A DNA stretch of 64,000 nucleotides from positions 205,085-269,084 of the forward strand of contig CAYNID010000001.1 in the NCBI GenBank assembly GCA_964397425.1. Direction: 5' to 3'. Below, piece after piece: positions 1 through 10,419 of this stretch. Origin of the DNA: an uncultured Fibrobacter sp. GTDB taxonomy: Bacteria; Fibrobacterota; Fibrobacteria; Fibrobacterales; Fibrobacteraceae. The notes under the pieces were generated by a model, which saw nothing but the letters and a program-made list of their open reading frames with translations, was not told where the DNA came from and did no database searches. Each line of letters begins with the position of its first letter. Positions within the stretch are counted from its first letter, which is position 1. Position numbers and translations under genes: made by a program.

Positions 1-1
1 G

Positions 2-361
2 AATGGAGCTACTTTAACGGCAGAAGGCGAAAGTATTATCAAAAGCATCGGAAAAGGATTGCAAGACGTTCTCGATTCGGGAGACGCCATCATGGTTTCC
101 GGATTCACGGATGATACGCCGACAAATTCGCCGACTTATACAAACTGGAACCTTTCGACTGAGCGCGCAGTGAATGTGGTGAAAACGCTGATTCAGCAAG
201 GATTTCCGTCGGACAGGCTTTTTGCCGCCGGCTTTGGCGAAGAACATCCGCGCGTGCCCAATACAAGTGAGGCGAACCGGAGTCAAAATCGGCGTGTGGA
301 AATCGGCGTAACATCCATTCGCAAGTCCGAAGCGCTTTCGCCAGAGGCTTTGAATCGATGA
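2..361 (+). CDS. OmpA/MotB-family peptidoglycan-binding protein, 5'-truncated by the window edge (ZorB type III-like)
   Basis: Frame is open from nt 2. Motifs IMVSGFTDD, NWNLSTERA..V, LFAAGFGE, NRRVEI define an OmpA_C domain. The stop overlaps the next start (ATGA). Confidence 0.85.
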   Translation, partial: NGATLTAEGESIIKSIGKGLQDVLDSGDAIMVSGFTDDTPTNSPTYTNWNLSTERAVNVVKTLIQQGFPSDRLFAAGFGEEHPRVPNTSEANRSQNRRVEIGVTSIRKSEALSPEALNR

Positions 362-1041
362 CTGAATCTGCAGCCGCTGAATACGCCCTTTTGAAAGAAA
401 GAGTTGATGCGCTCCGCAAACAGGACCGTTTGCCGTATTGGCGAATGTCCTACGCCGATTTTTCGCTATCCCGGATAAGTGATTACATCGCTGTTGGGGA
501 AAACGCAGAAGCCTTGGAAATGGCCCGCCGATTGAATCGTTGGATAGACTCGCATGAACGGGAGCTTTCGAAAACGGCAAAACCGGAGCCTATCCAGATA
601 GCCCTTTGGACGGCGGAATCGGTTCAAAAAGAAATCGATTCTGTTCAAAAGAAAATAGCCAAGCGCAATTATTTGATTCCTGTCGCCGAACGGATTTCTT
701 TTTCGGGAAGTATGGAAAAAGCCAAACGCCTTTTGGGCGAAGGCAAACCGGATGAAGCGTATCGGGAATTGTTTTCGTTGAGGATGCAGCTCGTATCCCG
801 ATTGCATCGGTCTTATCGGGCGCGGGCTGCGATGATTCTTTACAGTCGTCGCTCCGTGGGTTTTGGACGTTCTCCTGCAGGGATGGTCGTTGGGCCTTAC
901 AATGCGGAGCGGACGTTGGAAAGCGCGCTTTCCCTTGTCGGCGAGCGAGACGCGATTTGGGTAGAAGACTTTTTGGAACTTTACGACGGGCTTTCTAAAA
1001 TTGCGGAACGGCTTGCGCCGGTTGAAAAAAAACGCCGTTGA
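358..1041 (+). CDS. DUF2894-like protein (ZorG-like)
   Basis: 227 aa, helical. C-terminal GPYNAERTLESALSLV..RD..WVEDFLELYDGL resembles the DUF2894 motif GPLNS..LV..L.LM...YL..F..Y.D.L as I recall it. Coupled to the OmpA gene. Confidence 0.6.
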   Translation: MTESAAAEYALLKERVDALRKQDRLPYWRMSYADFSLSRISDYIAVGENAEALEMARRLNRWIDSHERELSKTAKPEPIQIALWTAESVQKEIDSVQKKIAKRNYLIPVAERISFSGSMEKAKRLLGEGKPDEAYRELFSLRMQLVSRLHRSYRARAAMILYSRRSVGFGRSPAGMVVGPYNAERTLESALSLVGERDAIWVEDFLELYDGLSKIAERLAPVEKKRR

Positions 1042-1094
1042 AAATTTTTCACGCTGAGTTTTAACTCCTAGATGGCTTCAAACGGAGTGTTTGA

Positions 1095-1240
1095 AATTAG
1101 GAATTAGAAATTAGGAGTTAGGAATGAGAAATTGGGCTGTGAACGGGAAACTCTTTTTAATGGGGTTTTGACTGGAAGCCTTTTCTGCGGTGTGTTGAAT
1201 TTTACACGGATTTGAATGCAAAGGTGAACCGTTTTTGCCG
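1095..1240 (+). repeat. Dispersed intergenic element copy 1 (heptamer array + conserved core)
   Basis: AATTAGG AATTAGA AATTAGG AGTTAGG AATGAGA AATTGGG, then TGGGGTTTT..AAGCCTTTTCTGCGGT..CCGTTTT. Similar to copies at 9144, 46591, 55275 and 59963. Confidence 0.85.
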
Positions 1241-1385
1241 GACGTGGGCAGTCCTTTTCAAAAAGGAAGTTCGTTTTGTGAAAGGGCTTTCTTTGCGAAA
1301 TGGAAAAGTTCCATGGGAAAGGAGTTTCAAAAATCACATGATGAAATGGGGGAGCATCATTCTGTATTGCTGTGGGGGAAATTTG

Positions 1386-1416
1386 AAAAAGGAAGAGTTT
1401 TGAACTCTTCCTTTTT
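1386..1416. terminator. Bidirectional intrinsic terminator between the ZorG-like gene and ilvD
   Basis: Perfect 14-bp inverted repeat AAAAAGGAAGAGTT-TTG-AACTCTTCCTTTTT between convergent genes. Confidence 0.8.
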
Positions 1417-1437
1417 GAATGAAATTCGGCAAAAACG

Positions 1438-3294
1438 TTACCGAAGAAGGTTATCGATGTTGCGGACGGCACCTTTATCGGCGCTCGAAGCCATCAAACC
1501 GTATGCCTGCAGTGCTTTGGAAACAATGCGGTCGCGGTGGAGCGGTTTCCAGGCGTTGGATCCGCGGGATTCCATTTCTTTGCGGCGATCTTCGAGCTCC
1601 GCGTCGGTCAAGCCGACATTGATCGTGCGGTTGGGAATGTCAATTTCAATGATGTCTCCATCTTTGACAAGACCGATGTTTCCCTTGCTGGCGGCTTCCG
1701 GGCTGGCGTGGCCAATGGAAAGTCCGCTGGTTCCGCCAGAAAAACGGCCATCGGTGAGCAGGGCGCAAAGTTTTCCCAAATGACGGCTTTTGAGATAACT
1801 GGTCGGGTAGAGCATTTCTTGCATACCCGGCCCGCCTTTGGGACCTTCATACCGAATAACGACGACATCGCCCGCTTTGACGCGGTTCGGGTCTAAAATT
1901 CCTTTTACGGCATCTTCCTGGCTTTCGAAAACAACGGCAGGTCCGGTGAATTTCAAAATGGATTCGTCAACGCCTGCTGTCTTCACAATGCAACCGTCAA
2001 TGGCCAAATTGCCGTAAAGTACGGCGAGTCCGCCGTCTTTTGAATAGGCGTGGGCCGCATCGCGGATGGCGCCACTGGTGCGGTCTAAATCGAGGGATTC
2101 GTAATGGAAATTTTGCGAAAACGCCTGAATGTTGAACTTTTTGCCTGGACCCGCCAAATAACGCTGCTTGACTTCTTCGGACGGATTTTTCATCACATCG
2201 TTCGCGTCGATGGCGTCGCCGATGGTTTTGGCATGGACTGTTGGACATTCGCGGTGAATAAGTCCCATGCGGTCAAGTTCTGCGAGGATTCCCAAAATGC
2301 CGCCGGCGCGGTTTACATCTTCAACGTGAACGTTGTGAACTGTCGGAGCGACTTTGCAAATGCAAGGCGTGTCTCGTGACAGGCGGTCAATGTCTTTCAT
2401 GGTGAAGTCTGTGCCCGCTTCTTGGGCTACGGCCAACAAGTGCAAAACGGTGTTGGAACTTCCTCCCATGGCAATGTCTAGGCGCATGGCGTTTTCAAAA
2501 GCGGCTTTCGATGCGATGGAACGCGGAAGAATCGATTCGTCATCTTCATCATAATAGCGGTGGCAAAGTTCTACAATTCGCCGCCCGGCTTCTTCAAACA
2601 ATTTTTTGCGTTCGGCGTTTGTCGCTACGATCGTGCCGTTTCCCGGCAGAGAAAGTCCGATGGCTTCGGTCAGGGAATTCATCGAGTTTGCAGTAAACAT
2701 TCCGGAACAGCTTCCGCATGTGGGGCAGGCTGCGGCTTCAATCGCTGCCGTTTCTTCATCGGAAACGGAAGTGTCTGCCGAGTCTATCATGGCGTCGATT
2801 AAATCCAGGGCGCGGTCGGAGCCGTCTTTTTGTTTGACGTGTCCGGCTTCCATCGGGCCACCAGAGACGAAAACGGCGGGAATGTTCAATCGCATGGAAG
2901 CCATTAGCATGCCGGGAGTGACTTTGTCACAGTTGCTGATGCAGACAAGACCGTCGGCACGGTGGGCGTTGGCCATGTATTCTACGGAATCGGCGATTAA
3001 ATCTCTGGAGGGCAAACTGTAAAGCATGCCATCGTGTCCCATGGCGATACCGTCATCGACGGCGATAGTGTTCATCTCTTTGGGGATGCCGCCGGCTTTG
3101 CGGACCTGTTCGGCGACGATTTTTCCGACTTCGCGGAGATGCACGTGGCCGGGGACAAATTCCGTGAAGCTGTTGACGATGGCTATCACGGGCCTTCCAA
3201 ATTCTTCGGGCTTGGTGCCTGTTGCAATCCAGAGCGCGCGTGCGCCCGCCATTTCGCGGCCTTCAATGGTCTTTTTGGAACGTAAATCTTTCAT
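1438..3294 (-). CDS. ilvD: Dihydroxy-acid dehydratase
   Basis: Motifs [62 protein letters not shown]. Start placed at MKDLRS (3294). Confidence 0.97.
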   Translation of the reverse strand: MKDLRSKKTIEGREMAGARALWIATGTKPEEFGRPVIAIVNSFTEFVPGHVHLREVGKIVAEQVRKAGGIPKEMNTIAVDDGIAMGHDGMLYSLPSRDLIADSVEYMANAHRADGLVCISNCDKVTPGMLMASMRLNIPAVFVSGGPMEAGHVKQKDGSDRALDLIDAMIDSADTSVSDEETAAIEAAACPTCGSCSGMFTANSMNSLTEAIGLSLPGNGTIVATNAERKKLFEEAGRRIVELCHRYYDEDDESILPRSIASKAAFENAMRLDIAMGGSSNTVLHLLAVAQEAGTDFTMKDIDRLSRDTPCICKVAPTVHNVHVEDVNRAGGILGILAELDRMGLIHRECPTVHAKTIGDAIDANDVMKNPSEEVKQRYLAGPGKKFNIQAFSQNFHYESLDLDRTSGAIRDAAHAYSKDGGLAVLYGNLAIDGCIVKTAGVDESILKFTGPAVVFESQEDAVKGILDPNRVKAGDVVVIRYEGPKGGPGMQEMLYPTSYLKSRHLGKLCALLTDGRFSGGTSGLSIGHASPEAASKGNIGLVKDGDIIEIDIPNRTINVGLTDAELEDRRKEMESRGSNAWKPLHRDRIVSKALQAYGLMASSADKGAVRNIDNLLR

Positions 3295-3395
3295 AGTTGT
3301 ACCTCGTGAAATTCGTGTTTGCAATAATAGAAAATCCGATGTGGTAGGTGAAAAACTTTCGTTTGAGCAAACGAAAAATTCTTAAATTGGGGAAT

Positions 3396-4100
3396 ATGGC
3401 AGAAGAGGTATCTAAAAACGGCAAAGTGGAAAACGAAGAAAATGCCGAACTTCCAAAAATTGAATCAAACGAAGATTTGGCGCGAATCGTACAAGCTTTG
3501 GTCTTTGCATCTCCAGATGTGTTGACTTTGAAAAAACTCCGGGAAATTATCGGAGATTTTTTGACGGCGAAAATGGTTGCCGATGCGCTCCGGATTTCGA
3601 ATGACAATTTGAACCGAATCAATTCACCGTTTGAAATTGTAGAACAGGCTGGCGGTTACCGCTTTCGTACCCGCGCCAGGTATTATCCCTGGGTCAGAAA
3701 ACTTTTTCCGGACGCCAATTTGCGCAGACTTTCCCAAGCGGCGTTGGAAACATTGGCAATTGTCGCTTATCAGCAGCCGATAACCCGCGCCGCTTTAGAG
3801 CAGGTTCGAGGAGTCTCTTGCGACGGTCCGCTGAAAAGTCTCCTTGAAAAAAAATTGATAGCGCTGGGAGCCCGGGCCGAAACTGTTGGCAACCCTTACA
3901 CCTATGTGACTACGGACGATTTTTTGAAATACTTTGGCATCAACCGGATTCCAGAAGATTTGCCGCGGCTTCGCGAATTCAAAGATCTTTTGGATGCGAA
4001 TGAAATTGTTCCTAATTATGCGCAAGATGATAAGCCGGGTACGCCGATGCAGCCCGAACTCAATCCTTCGCAAATCGAACTTTCGATGGGGACCCCGTGA
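3396..4100 (+). CDS. scpB: SMC-Scp complex subunit ScpB
   Basis: ALVFAS, AGGYRFRT, LSQAALETLAIVAYQQPITRA..EQVRGV, TT..FL.YFG..DLP. Start placed at MAEEV. Confidence 0.93.
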   Translation: MAEEVSKNGKVENEENAELPKIESNEDLARIVQALVFASPDVLTLKKLREIIGDFLTAKMVADALRISNDNLNRINSPFEIVEQAGGYRFRTRARYYPWVRKLFPDANLRRLSQAALETLAIVAYQQPITRAALEQVRGVSCDGPLKSLLEKKLIALGARAETVGNPYTYVTTDDFLKYFGINRIPEDLPRLREFKDLLDANEIVPNYAQDDKPGTPMQPELNPSQIELSMGTP

Positions 4101-6697
4101 GCGTGACACCTTTGATGAAGCAATATTACGAGATAAAGTCTCAAAATCCGGACTGTATTCTCTTTTTCCGCATGGGCGATTTTTTTGAACTGTTCGAAGA
4201 AGACGCCGAAATCGCTTCTAAAATTTTGGGACTGACTCTGACCAGCCGCAACAATGGCGCATCGGGAAACACGCCTCTCTGCGGATTTCCGCACCATGCG
4301 TCGGACAGGTATTTTCCGAAGATGGTTGCCGCCGGGTATAAAGTCGCTGTTTGCGAACAAGTCGAAGATCCGAAATTGGCCAAAGGAATCGTCAAACGGG
4401 AAATTGTTGAAATTATCAGTGCAGGCACTTCGATGAACGAAGGGAACTTGGACGCGAAGGTGGCGAATTACCTTTGTTCCGTTTTGCCGGGAAAGCATGG
4501 AGTGGCTTTTGCTTTTGCCGATGTGACGACTGGATATTTTGCCGTTTCAGAATCGCCGCTGCAAAATTTCGAAAGCGAAATGGCGCGCCGGATGCCCAAA
4601 GAAATTCTTGTCCCGTCTGGCTGTGTATTGCCCAATCCCATCGCGGAATTTGCCCGTTCCGAAGCCATTCTTGTGACTCAGGTCGATGATTCCCATTATG
4701 AACAGGGGAACGCGGAACGCGTGTTGCTTGAACATTTTAAAATGGCAAGTGTGGAATCTCTGGGACTTGACGGGCAAACGGAAAAAATTCGGGTCGCCGG
4801 GGCGGCGCTTTGGTATCTGATAGATCAGAAAAAATCAGAACTTTCGCATATCGCGCATTTGGAATTGTTGGATTTGGGCGATTACATGGTTTTGGATCCG
4901 GCGACTCTCCGCAATCTGGAATTGGTGCGCCCGTTGAATGCCGATGATCCTCAAAGTACGCTGACTTACGTGTTGGATTACACGGTCACCGCCATGGGCG
5001 CGCGGCATCTCCGCGAATGGATTTCTCATCCGCTGGTTTCTGTAAAGCGGATTGAAGAGCGTTCAGATGCTGTCGCGGAATTGGTTTCAAATCCGATTGT
5101 TTTAGATGAACTCAAACAGGCCCTTCGCGAAATTTTGGACATGGAACGCCTGATGGGTCGTGTTGGCAGTGGACGGGCAAATGCCCGGGATTTGTATGGG
5201 ATGGGCCGTTCTCTTTCAAAAGCGGTGAATGCGGCTTCGGCTCTTTCTGGACTCAAATCTCCGCTGTTTCACGATTTGGCGGAAACGCTCCTTTCTGCAG
5301 AAGGCAAGGGTGAAGAAATCCTTCGGATGCTTTGTGATGAACTTCCAATGACTGTCCGCGAAGGCGGCATGATTCGGGATGGCGCAGACGCAGAACTGGA
5401 CCGCATGAACGCGGAAATCAAGGACAAACGCGATTGGATAGCTTCTTTGGAATCCCGCGAACGTGAACGGCTCGGAGTGAACACGCTCAAAGTCGGATAC
5501 AACAGGGTTTTTGGTTATTACATCGAAGTCTCCAAAATTCATTCTGACAAAATCCCACCAGAATATATCCGAAAGCAGACAACGGTGAATGCCGAACGTT
5601 ACATCACTCCAGAAATGAAGGAGTGCGAAACGATTATCTCCAGCGCGGAAAGTCGAATCCACGATTTGGAATACCGCATTTTTTGCCGTCTCCGCGAATC
5701 GGTGAATGCCGAACGCGAAGCGCTGCAACAAATTGCCGAAGCGGTTGCTGAAACGGATGCTTTTTACAGCTTGGCTGTCGCCGCCCGAAAGCGTGGTTAT
5801 TCAAAAGCCGAAGTCTTTGATGGCATTGGCGTTGAAATCCGCGGCGGATTCCATCCGGTCATTGTAGCGGCCAATCCGGGAATCACGTTTGTATCAAACG
5901 ATGTGAATCTTTCTCCGGAATTTCACCGCATGATGCTTATCACGGGTCCGAATATGGCTGGTAAATCAACTTACCTTCGCCAAACGGGACTTATCGTTTT
6001 GATGGCGCAAATCGGATCGTTTGTCCCTGCGGAATATGCCCGCATCGGAGTCGTGGACAGAATTTTTACGCGGGTCGGAGCGAGCGACAGGCTTTCGCGC
6101 GGACTTTCCACGTTCATGGTGGAAATGATTGAAACGGCGAACATCTTGCGGAATGCTTCTGAAAAAAGTCTTGTGCTGTTAGATGAAATCGGGCGGGGAA
6201 CCAGTACATTCGATGGATTATCCATCGCCTGGGCCATTTTTGAAACTCTTCATGACAATCCAAAGCGCAGCGCCATTACGCTTTTTGCCACGCATTATCA
6301 TGAAATGACGACTTTGGCGGATTCTTTGGAACATGCGGGGAATTATCAAATAGCTGTTCGGGAAGATGGAGACAAGTTGATCTTTCTGCACCAGATTCTT
6401 CCCGGCGCTTGTGATTCCAGCTATGGAATTCATGTGGCGGAAATGGCGGGCCTTCCTTCCGAAGTTGTTCGCCGTGCACGGAAAATTCTTTTCCGGTTGG
6501 AAAAACAGCAAATAGACCCCAGCGATGCGAAGTATAAAGCGGAATTGATGGAAAAACCGCAAATGGACATGTTCGCGCCTCCGGATGAAGACGCCAAACT
6601 TCTGCTAGAAGAAATCAAACGGCTCTCGCCCGAAGAAATGACTCCGCTGCAAGCGCTTCAAATCTTGACAGAACTCAAGGAGCATTATGGTAAATGA
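4097..6697 (+). CDS. mutS: DNA mismatch repair protein MutS
   Basis: TPLMKQY..K, FFRMGDFFELF, ITGPNMAGKSTYLRQ, DEIGRGTST.DG, ATHYHE, SYGIHVA. Confidence 0.98.
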   Translation: MSVTPLMKQYYEIKSQNPDCILFFRMGDFFELFEEDAEIASKILGLTLTSRNNGASGNTPLCGFPHHASDRYFPKMVAAGYKVAVCEQVEDPKLAKGIVKREIVEIISAGTSMNEGNLDAKVANYLCSVLPGKHGVAFAFADVTTGYFAVSESPLQNFESEMARRMPKEILVPSGCVLPNPIAEFARSEAILVTQVDDSHYEQGNAERVLLEHFKMASVESLGLDGQTEKIRVAGAALWYLIDQKKSELSHIAHLELLDLGDYMVLDPATLRNLELVRPLNADDPQSTLTYVLDYTVTAMGARHLREWISHPLVSVKRIEERSDAVAELVSNPIVLDELKQALREILDMERLMGRVGSGRANARDLYGMGRSLSKAVNAASALSGLKSPLFHDLAETLLSAEGKGEEILRMLCDELPMTVREGGMIRDGADAELDRMNAEIKDKRDWIASLESRERERLGVNTLKVGYNRVFGYYIEVSKIHSDKIPPEYIRKQTTVNAERYITPEMKECETIISSAESRIHDLEYRIFCRLRESVNAEREALQQIAEAVAETDAFYSLAVAARKRGYSKAEVFDGIGVEIRGGFHPVIVAANPGITFVSNDVNLSPEFHRMMLITGPNMAGKSTYLRQTGLIVLMAQIGSFVPAEYARIGVVDRIFTRVGASDRLSRGLSTFMVEMIETANILRNASEKSLVLLDEIGRGTSTFDGLSIAWAIFETLHDNPKRSAITLFATHYHEMTTLADSLEHAGNYQIAVREDGDKLIFLHQILPGACDSSYGIHVAEMAGLPSEVVRRARKILFRLEKQQIDPSDAKYKAELMEKPQMDMFAPPDEDAKLLLEEIKRLSPEEMTPLQALQILTELKEHYGK

Positions 6698-7205
6698 TCT
6701 GAGTATCAATTTTGCTCAACTTGAAGATTTCATTTGTGCGGAAACCAGCGTTCCCGAAAGTTCCGTTCATGGTTTGGACCATTGGCGTCAAGTAGAATTC
6801 AACGGACTTCTGCTTTCCCAAAAGACCCATGCCGACGAAAGGGTTGTCCGCCTGTTTGCCCTTTTCCACGATTCTTGCCGCACTTCGGATGGTTATGATG
6901 AAGAACACGGGAGCTTGGGGGCGAATTTTGCCGAGCGGCTCCGGGGAAAACTGTTTGAAATAGATTCTCCGCGATTTGAAAAACTGTTGCATGCCTGCCG
7001 GTACCACACCAAGGAATCGAAGTCCGGCGATTTGACGATAGACACTTGTTACGATGCGGATAGATTGGATTTGGGCCGTGTGGGAATTTTGCCCGATCCG
7101 AAAAGGATGGCGACGAAATTCGGCAAAGAAATTGCTGCCAAAATGCAGAAAGTTGGAGCGGCGGAACATCGCGAATGGATTCGGCGTTTTATGGCGACTG
7201 CGTAA
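6687..7205 (+). CDS. HD-domain metal-dependent phosphohydrolase
   Basis: HG..HW..V, FALFHD, H(G), HT and DADRLD motifs. Overlaps the mutS stop. Confidence 0.75.
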   Translation: MVNDLSINFAQLEDFICAETSVPESSVHGLDHWRQVEFNGLLLSQKTHADERVVRLFALFHDSCRTSDGYDEEHGSLGANFAERLRGKLFEIDSPRFEKLLHACRYHTKESKSGDLTIDTCYDADRLDLGRVGILPDPKRMATKFGKEIAAKMQKVGAAEHREWIRRFMATA

Positions 7206-7238
7206 AAATCTCGAAGCATCCTTTATTATCTTTTTGAC

Positions 7239-9140
7239 GTGTTGTTAAATATTCTGTATCCGCTGATTCCCCTGTTGGCTGCGTTTCCGCTGTTTTTGAT
7301 GGTAGTGGAAATCGATGGGAAACGTTCTGCTTCCCGCATGTGGCCGTGGATTTTGTTCGCCGGGATTTATTTCTTGTGGAATGCGTTCGGTGTCCGTTTT
7401 GGAATGGATTTTCTCTATTTCCGCCCGCTGATTCCCATTGTTGATTTGGTGTTTCTTTTGGCGTTTACGGTGCTTTTTATTCGCGAAGAAAATCGCAAAG
7501 CCCCGGAGCCTCCGTCTAAAAAATACATGGCGAAAGGAATTTGGGCTGTTGCCGTTTTTTCGGTGATAAATGTGGTGTTCTCGTATTGGATAAGTCCGCC
7601 TGTTTTCCTTGTGCCCTTGTTCGCCACCATTGTGACCGCATTTTTCTTTGACAGAATTTATGCGTCGATGTCTTATTATCCGAAACCGAGAATTCATCTG
7701 GTGTTCGGATTTTATGTGCTTTCCTGTTTGCTCGTGCTCCCGATTTTCCGTTTGCTGTTCCTCGCTCAAATCGCTTATGTTTTTTTGCGGCGTTACGGCA
7801 ATTGGATTCGCCACAAGGATCGCGTGATAGACGTCTATGAAGAAGAACGAAAAATCAATCATCGGATTGTGACGAAAATGGGGGAAACGGTCAGCGATTT
7901 TTCTGATTTGCACGAATCGCTTGCCCGATTTTTGGAAACTCTTTCCGAAGGGATTGGGGCAAAGTCCGCGGCGGTTTACATTTGGGACGAGAAGGAACAT
8001 CTGTTCCGATGCTCGGAAATGTACGGCATTTTTTATCCGCTGGTCCGCGGAAACGAAATGAGCTTTACTCACGCCGAAGCTTTGCGCGAAATCACTTTTT
8101 CTCAAAACATTACCGAAGAGGACAATCTGGTTTGGGAATGCGGAACGTCGCGGATGGGCGTTTATATTCCTTATGCGAGCCGTGACAGTCGAGTGCTTTC
8201 TTTGGGAAGCCGCGCATCCAATATCCGCTCCTTGATTCTTGAACCGCTGAATTTCGATCAGCAACTTTTGGGCGTTTTGGTTGTTGAAAATAAAAAATAC
8301 GAACGTTATTTCTCTGAAAGCGATTTTTACCTGGTTCAAAATTTTTCCCATTATGCGACGATGATTTTGAAAGCGAATGAAGCTGTCCTTGAAAGGCAGG
8401 ATCAGGCGCGGACGCAAGCGGAATTGCAACTGGGATTCCGAATTCAGTCGGGGCTTTTGCCGCATAAAATTCCAACCTGTGATGGAATTTCTCTGGCGGG
8501 TTCCATGACTCCGGCTAAAGAAATCGGCGGTGATTATTTTGACTTTTTGGAATTGCCCAACCACAATTTGGGAATCGTCATTGGGGATGTTTCTGGAAAA
8601 GGCGTTCCGGCGGGGATGGTGATGACGTCGCTTTACGCTTTTTTACATGCGGAATGTCGCTACTTCGCCAATACGTATCGAACTCTTGTGCATGTAAACG
8701 CCGATTTGTCTGGGCATATTTCCGAAACGATGTTCGCCTCGCTTCTTTTCTTTGAATGGAATCCGCGTTCGAAGGCGTTGCATTACACCAGTTGTGGGCA
8801 TGAACATATTTTGCATTTCAAAGAAGACGACAACCGTTTGGAAACCATTAAAAGCGGCGGAATTGCGCTAGGTATGGTCGATGACAACAGCAAAATTATC
8901 CGAGAAAAATCCTTGATTGTGAAACCCGGCGATACGGTGTTACTTTATACGGATGGTGTGACGGAAGCGGCTAATGGCAACGAAGAAATGTTCGGCTTGG
9001 AACGGTTGAAGTCTTTTGTTGAAAAATACCATGCGCTTTCTGCCGAGGGAATCCGTTTGGCACTGTTAGAAGAATTGCGGAATTTTTCTCAGGGAGCTTC
9101 TCAAAAAGATGATATCACCATTTTGGTGATGAAATTTTGA
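7239..9140 (+). CDS. Membrane GAF-domain PP2C/SpoIIE (RsbU-like) phosphatase
   Basis: N-terminal TM helices, then a GAF-like region, then IGGDYFDF, IGDVSGKG.PA, GH, LYTDGVTEA, DDIT. Confidence 0.9.
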   Translation: MLLNILYPLIPLLAAFPLFLMVVEIDGKRSASRMWPWILFAGIYFLWNAFGVRFGMDFLYFRPLIPIVDLVFLLAFTVLFIREENRKAPEPPSKKYMAKGIWAVAVFSVINVVFSYWISPPVFLVPLFATIVTAFFFDRIYASMSYYPKPRIHLVFGFYVLSCLLVLPIFRLLFLAQIAYVFLRRYGNWIRHKDRVIDVYEEERKINHRIVTKMGETVSDFSDLHESLARFLETLSEGIGAKSAAVYIWDEKEHLFRCSEMYGIFYPLVRGNEMSFTHAEALREITFSQNITEEDNLVWECGTSRMGVYIPYASRDSRVLSLGSRASNIRSLILEPLNFDQQLLGVLVVENKKYERYFSESDFYLVQNFSHYATMILKANEAVLERQDQARTQAELQLGFRIQSGLLPHKIPTCDGISLAGSMTPAKEIGGDYFDFLELPNHNLGIVIGDVSGKGVPAGMVMTSLYAFLHAECRYFANTYRTLVHVNADLSGHISETMFASLLFFEWNPRSKALHYTSCGHEHILHFKEDDNRLETIKSGGIALGMVDDNSKIIREKSLIVKPGDTVLLYTDGVTEAANGNEEMFGLERLKSFVEKYHALSAEGIRLALLEELRNFSQGASQKDDITILVMKF

Positions 9141-9143
9141 ATT

Positions 9144-9284
9144 GGCGAAAACGGCTCCTTTTCACAGTAGAAACGTGCGAATTGTGTACACCGCAACAGA
9201 AAAGGCTTTGATTCGAAATCCCCCCAAAAAAAGTTTTCACACCTCAGCTAACAATTTCTCATTTCTACATCCTAATTCCTAATT
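9144..9284 (-). repeat. Dispersed intergenic element copy 2
   Basis: Reverse complement reads AATTAGG AATTAGG ATGTAGA AATGAGA AATTGTT..AAAGCCTTTTCTGTTGCGGTG..GCCGTTTTCGCC. The TAG stop of the GT8 gene lies inside the first heptamer. Confidence 0.85.
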
Positions 9285-10292
9285 TAACAGCGTTCCTAAA
9301 AGTTCGAGTGGTTTTAAAAGAACGGGACATTTCTTGTAGAGGAACGCGAGGCTTTTGGCAAAAGCGTAAGAACGGATGATGTAGGCTCCTGCCGCGCCGA
9401 CTTTCTTTGTCTGCAATTCAAAAGCCGCTTTCGCATGGGAAATGACATCGTCGTAATCGTCGGTGATGTGGATGGATTTGTCCGCAAGGACTGTAACGGG
9501 AAGATTTTTTAAATCCGTATAAAAATTTTTGCGGAGAATTTTCGGCAAGAACAAATCCATGCTGCGGGGGACTTTTTTCCCGCGGGTGTCGATAATGCGG
9601 GAACCGAAAAAGTGCAAAACTTTTGCAGTGGGTAAAAAACGGTTGCCATAAGCCAGTTGGCAATTCCATTCGCCAGGCATTTTTTGAATCGTGTAACCGA
9701 AAGAAAAATCGGTTTCGGCCAGGGATGCCATGTCGAATGGAAAATCCTTGGAAACGCAATAAAGCCAAAGTTCGTGCCATTTCTTGAAAAAGGCTCTGGA
9801 ATTGGGCGTATCGCTGGCGAACATCACGCCACCGTTGAAAAGTTCATCGTTCAAAATGGGTGAAAATCCGAGTTTCTTGGCGTTGGCCAACACTTTTTTC
9901 CGGTTGATGGCTTTGTGCAAATTGGTGTGGAAATCGAGAACGGCGTAAATGCCGCCTGTCCAATTTTTAGGAATGGAAAGGTCTCCGACGACGGCGATGT
10001 CAGAATCCAGATAAAGAAAGTCTCCGTCGACAACATTGCGCATGACCGTTTTGAGGTAACGGGAACGGAGCATGGGTGAAAATTTTTCGTCGATGGTTTG
10101 CACGTTCAATTCGTCAACGGCCTCTTTGATGACAGCCCGCGCGCCGGTGAATGTTTCCGCCGTCTTGTCGTCTGTCAAAAGGGTGACAAATGCGCCGGGA
10201 TTGTGGAACCGCAGGGATGCGATGGCGATTAGGGTTTGTTCAAGGTAAAAATCCTTGGGGGAACTGGTCAAGACAAAGAGATATTTCGTCAT
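9279..10292 (-). CDS. Glycosyltransferase, GT8-like (GT-A fold)
   Basis: FLYLDSD (DxD), FNGGVM, EWNCQ, LHFFG. Confidence 0.8.
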   Translation of the reverse strand: MTKYLFVLTSSPKDFYLEQTLIAIASLRFHNPGAFVTLLTDDKTAETFTGARAVIKEAVDELNVQTIDEKFSPMLRSRYLKTVMRNVVDGDFLYLDSDIAVVGDLSIPKNWTGGIYAVLDFHTNLHKAINRKKVLANAKKLGFSPILNDELFNGGVMFASDTPNSRAFFKKWHELWLYCVSKDFPFDMASLAETDFSFGYTIQKMPGEWNCQLAYGNRFLPTAKVLHFFGSRIIDTRGKKVPRSMDLFLPKILRKNFYTDLKNLPVTVLADKSIHITDDYDDVISHAKAAFELQTKKVGAAGAYIIRSYAFAKSLAFLYKKCPVLLKPLELLGTLLN

Positions 10293-10419
10293 GCGTCAAA
10301 GATACAAAAAGGTTTGACCCCGTTTTTAAGGGAGCGTTGAAAGGGATGCGTGTCGTGTCGTTGGCGCATAGGCATCTCTTTTTTTATATTTCATCCAGAA
10401 CGAAAAAATTCAAAGGAAT

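Noticed and set aside
2-361. Flagellar MotB
   Set aside because: There is no flagellar context, and the downstream gene and motif variant fit a ZorB/OmpA type better. Upstream sequence is needed to exclude it fully.
1095-1136. Heptamer arrays as a CRISPR array
   Set aside because: Units are 7 nt, contiguous and have no spacers; there are no cas genes.
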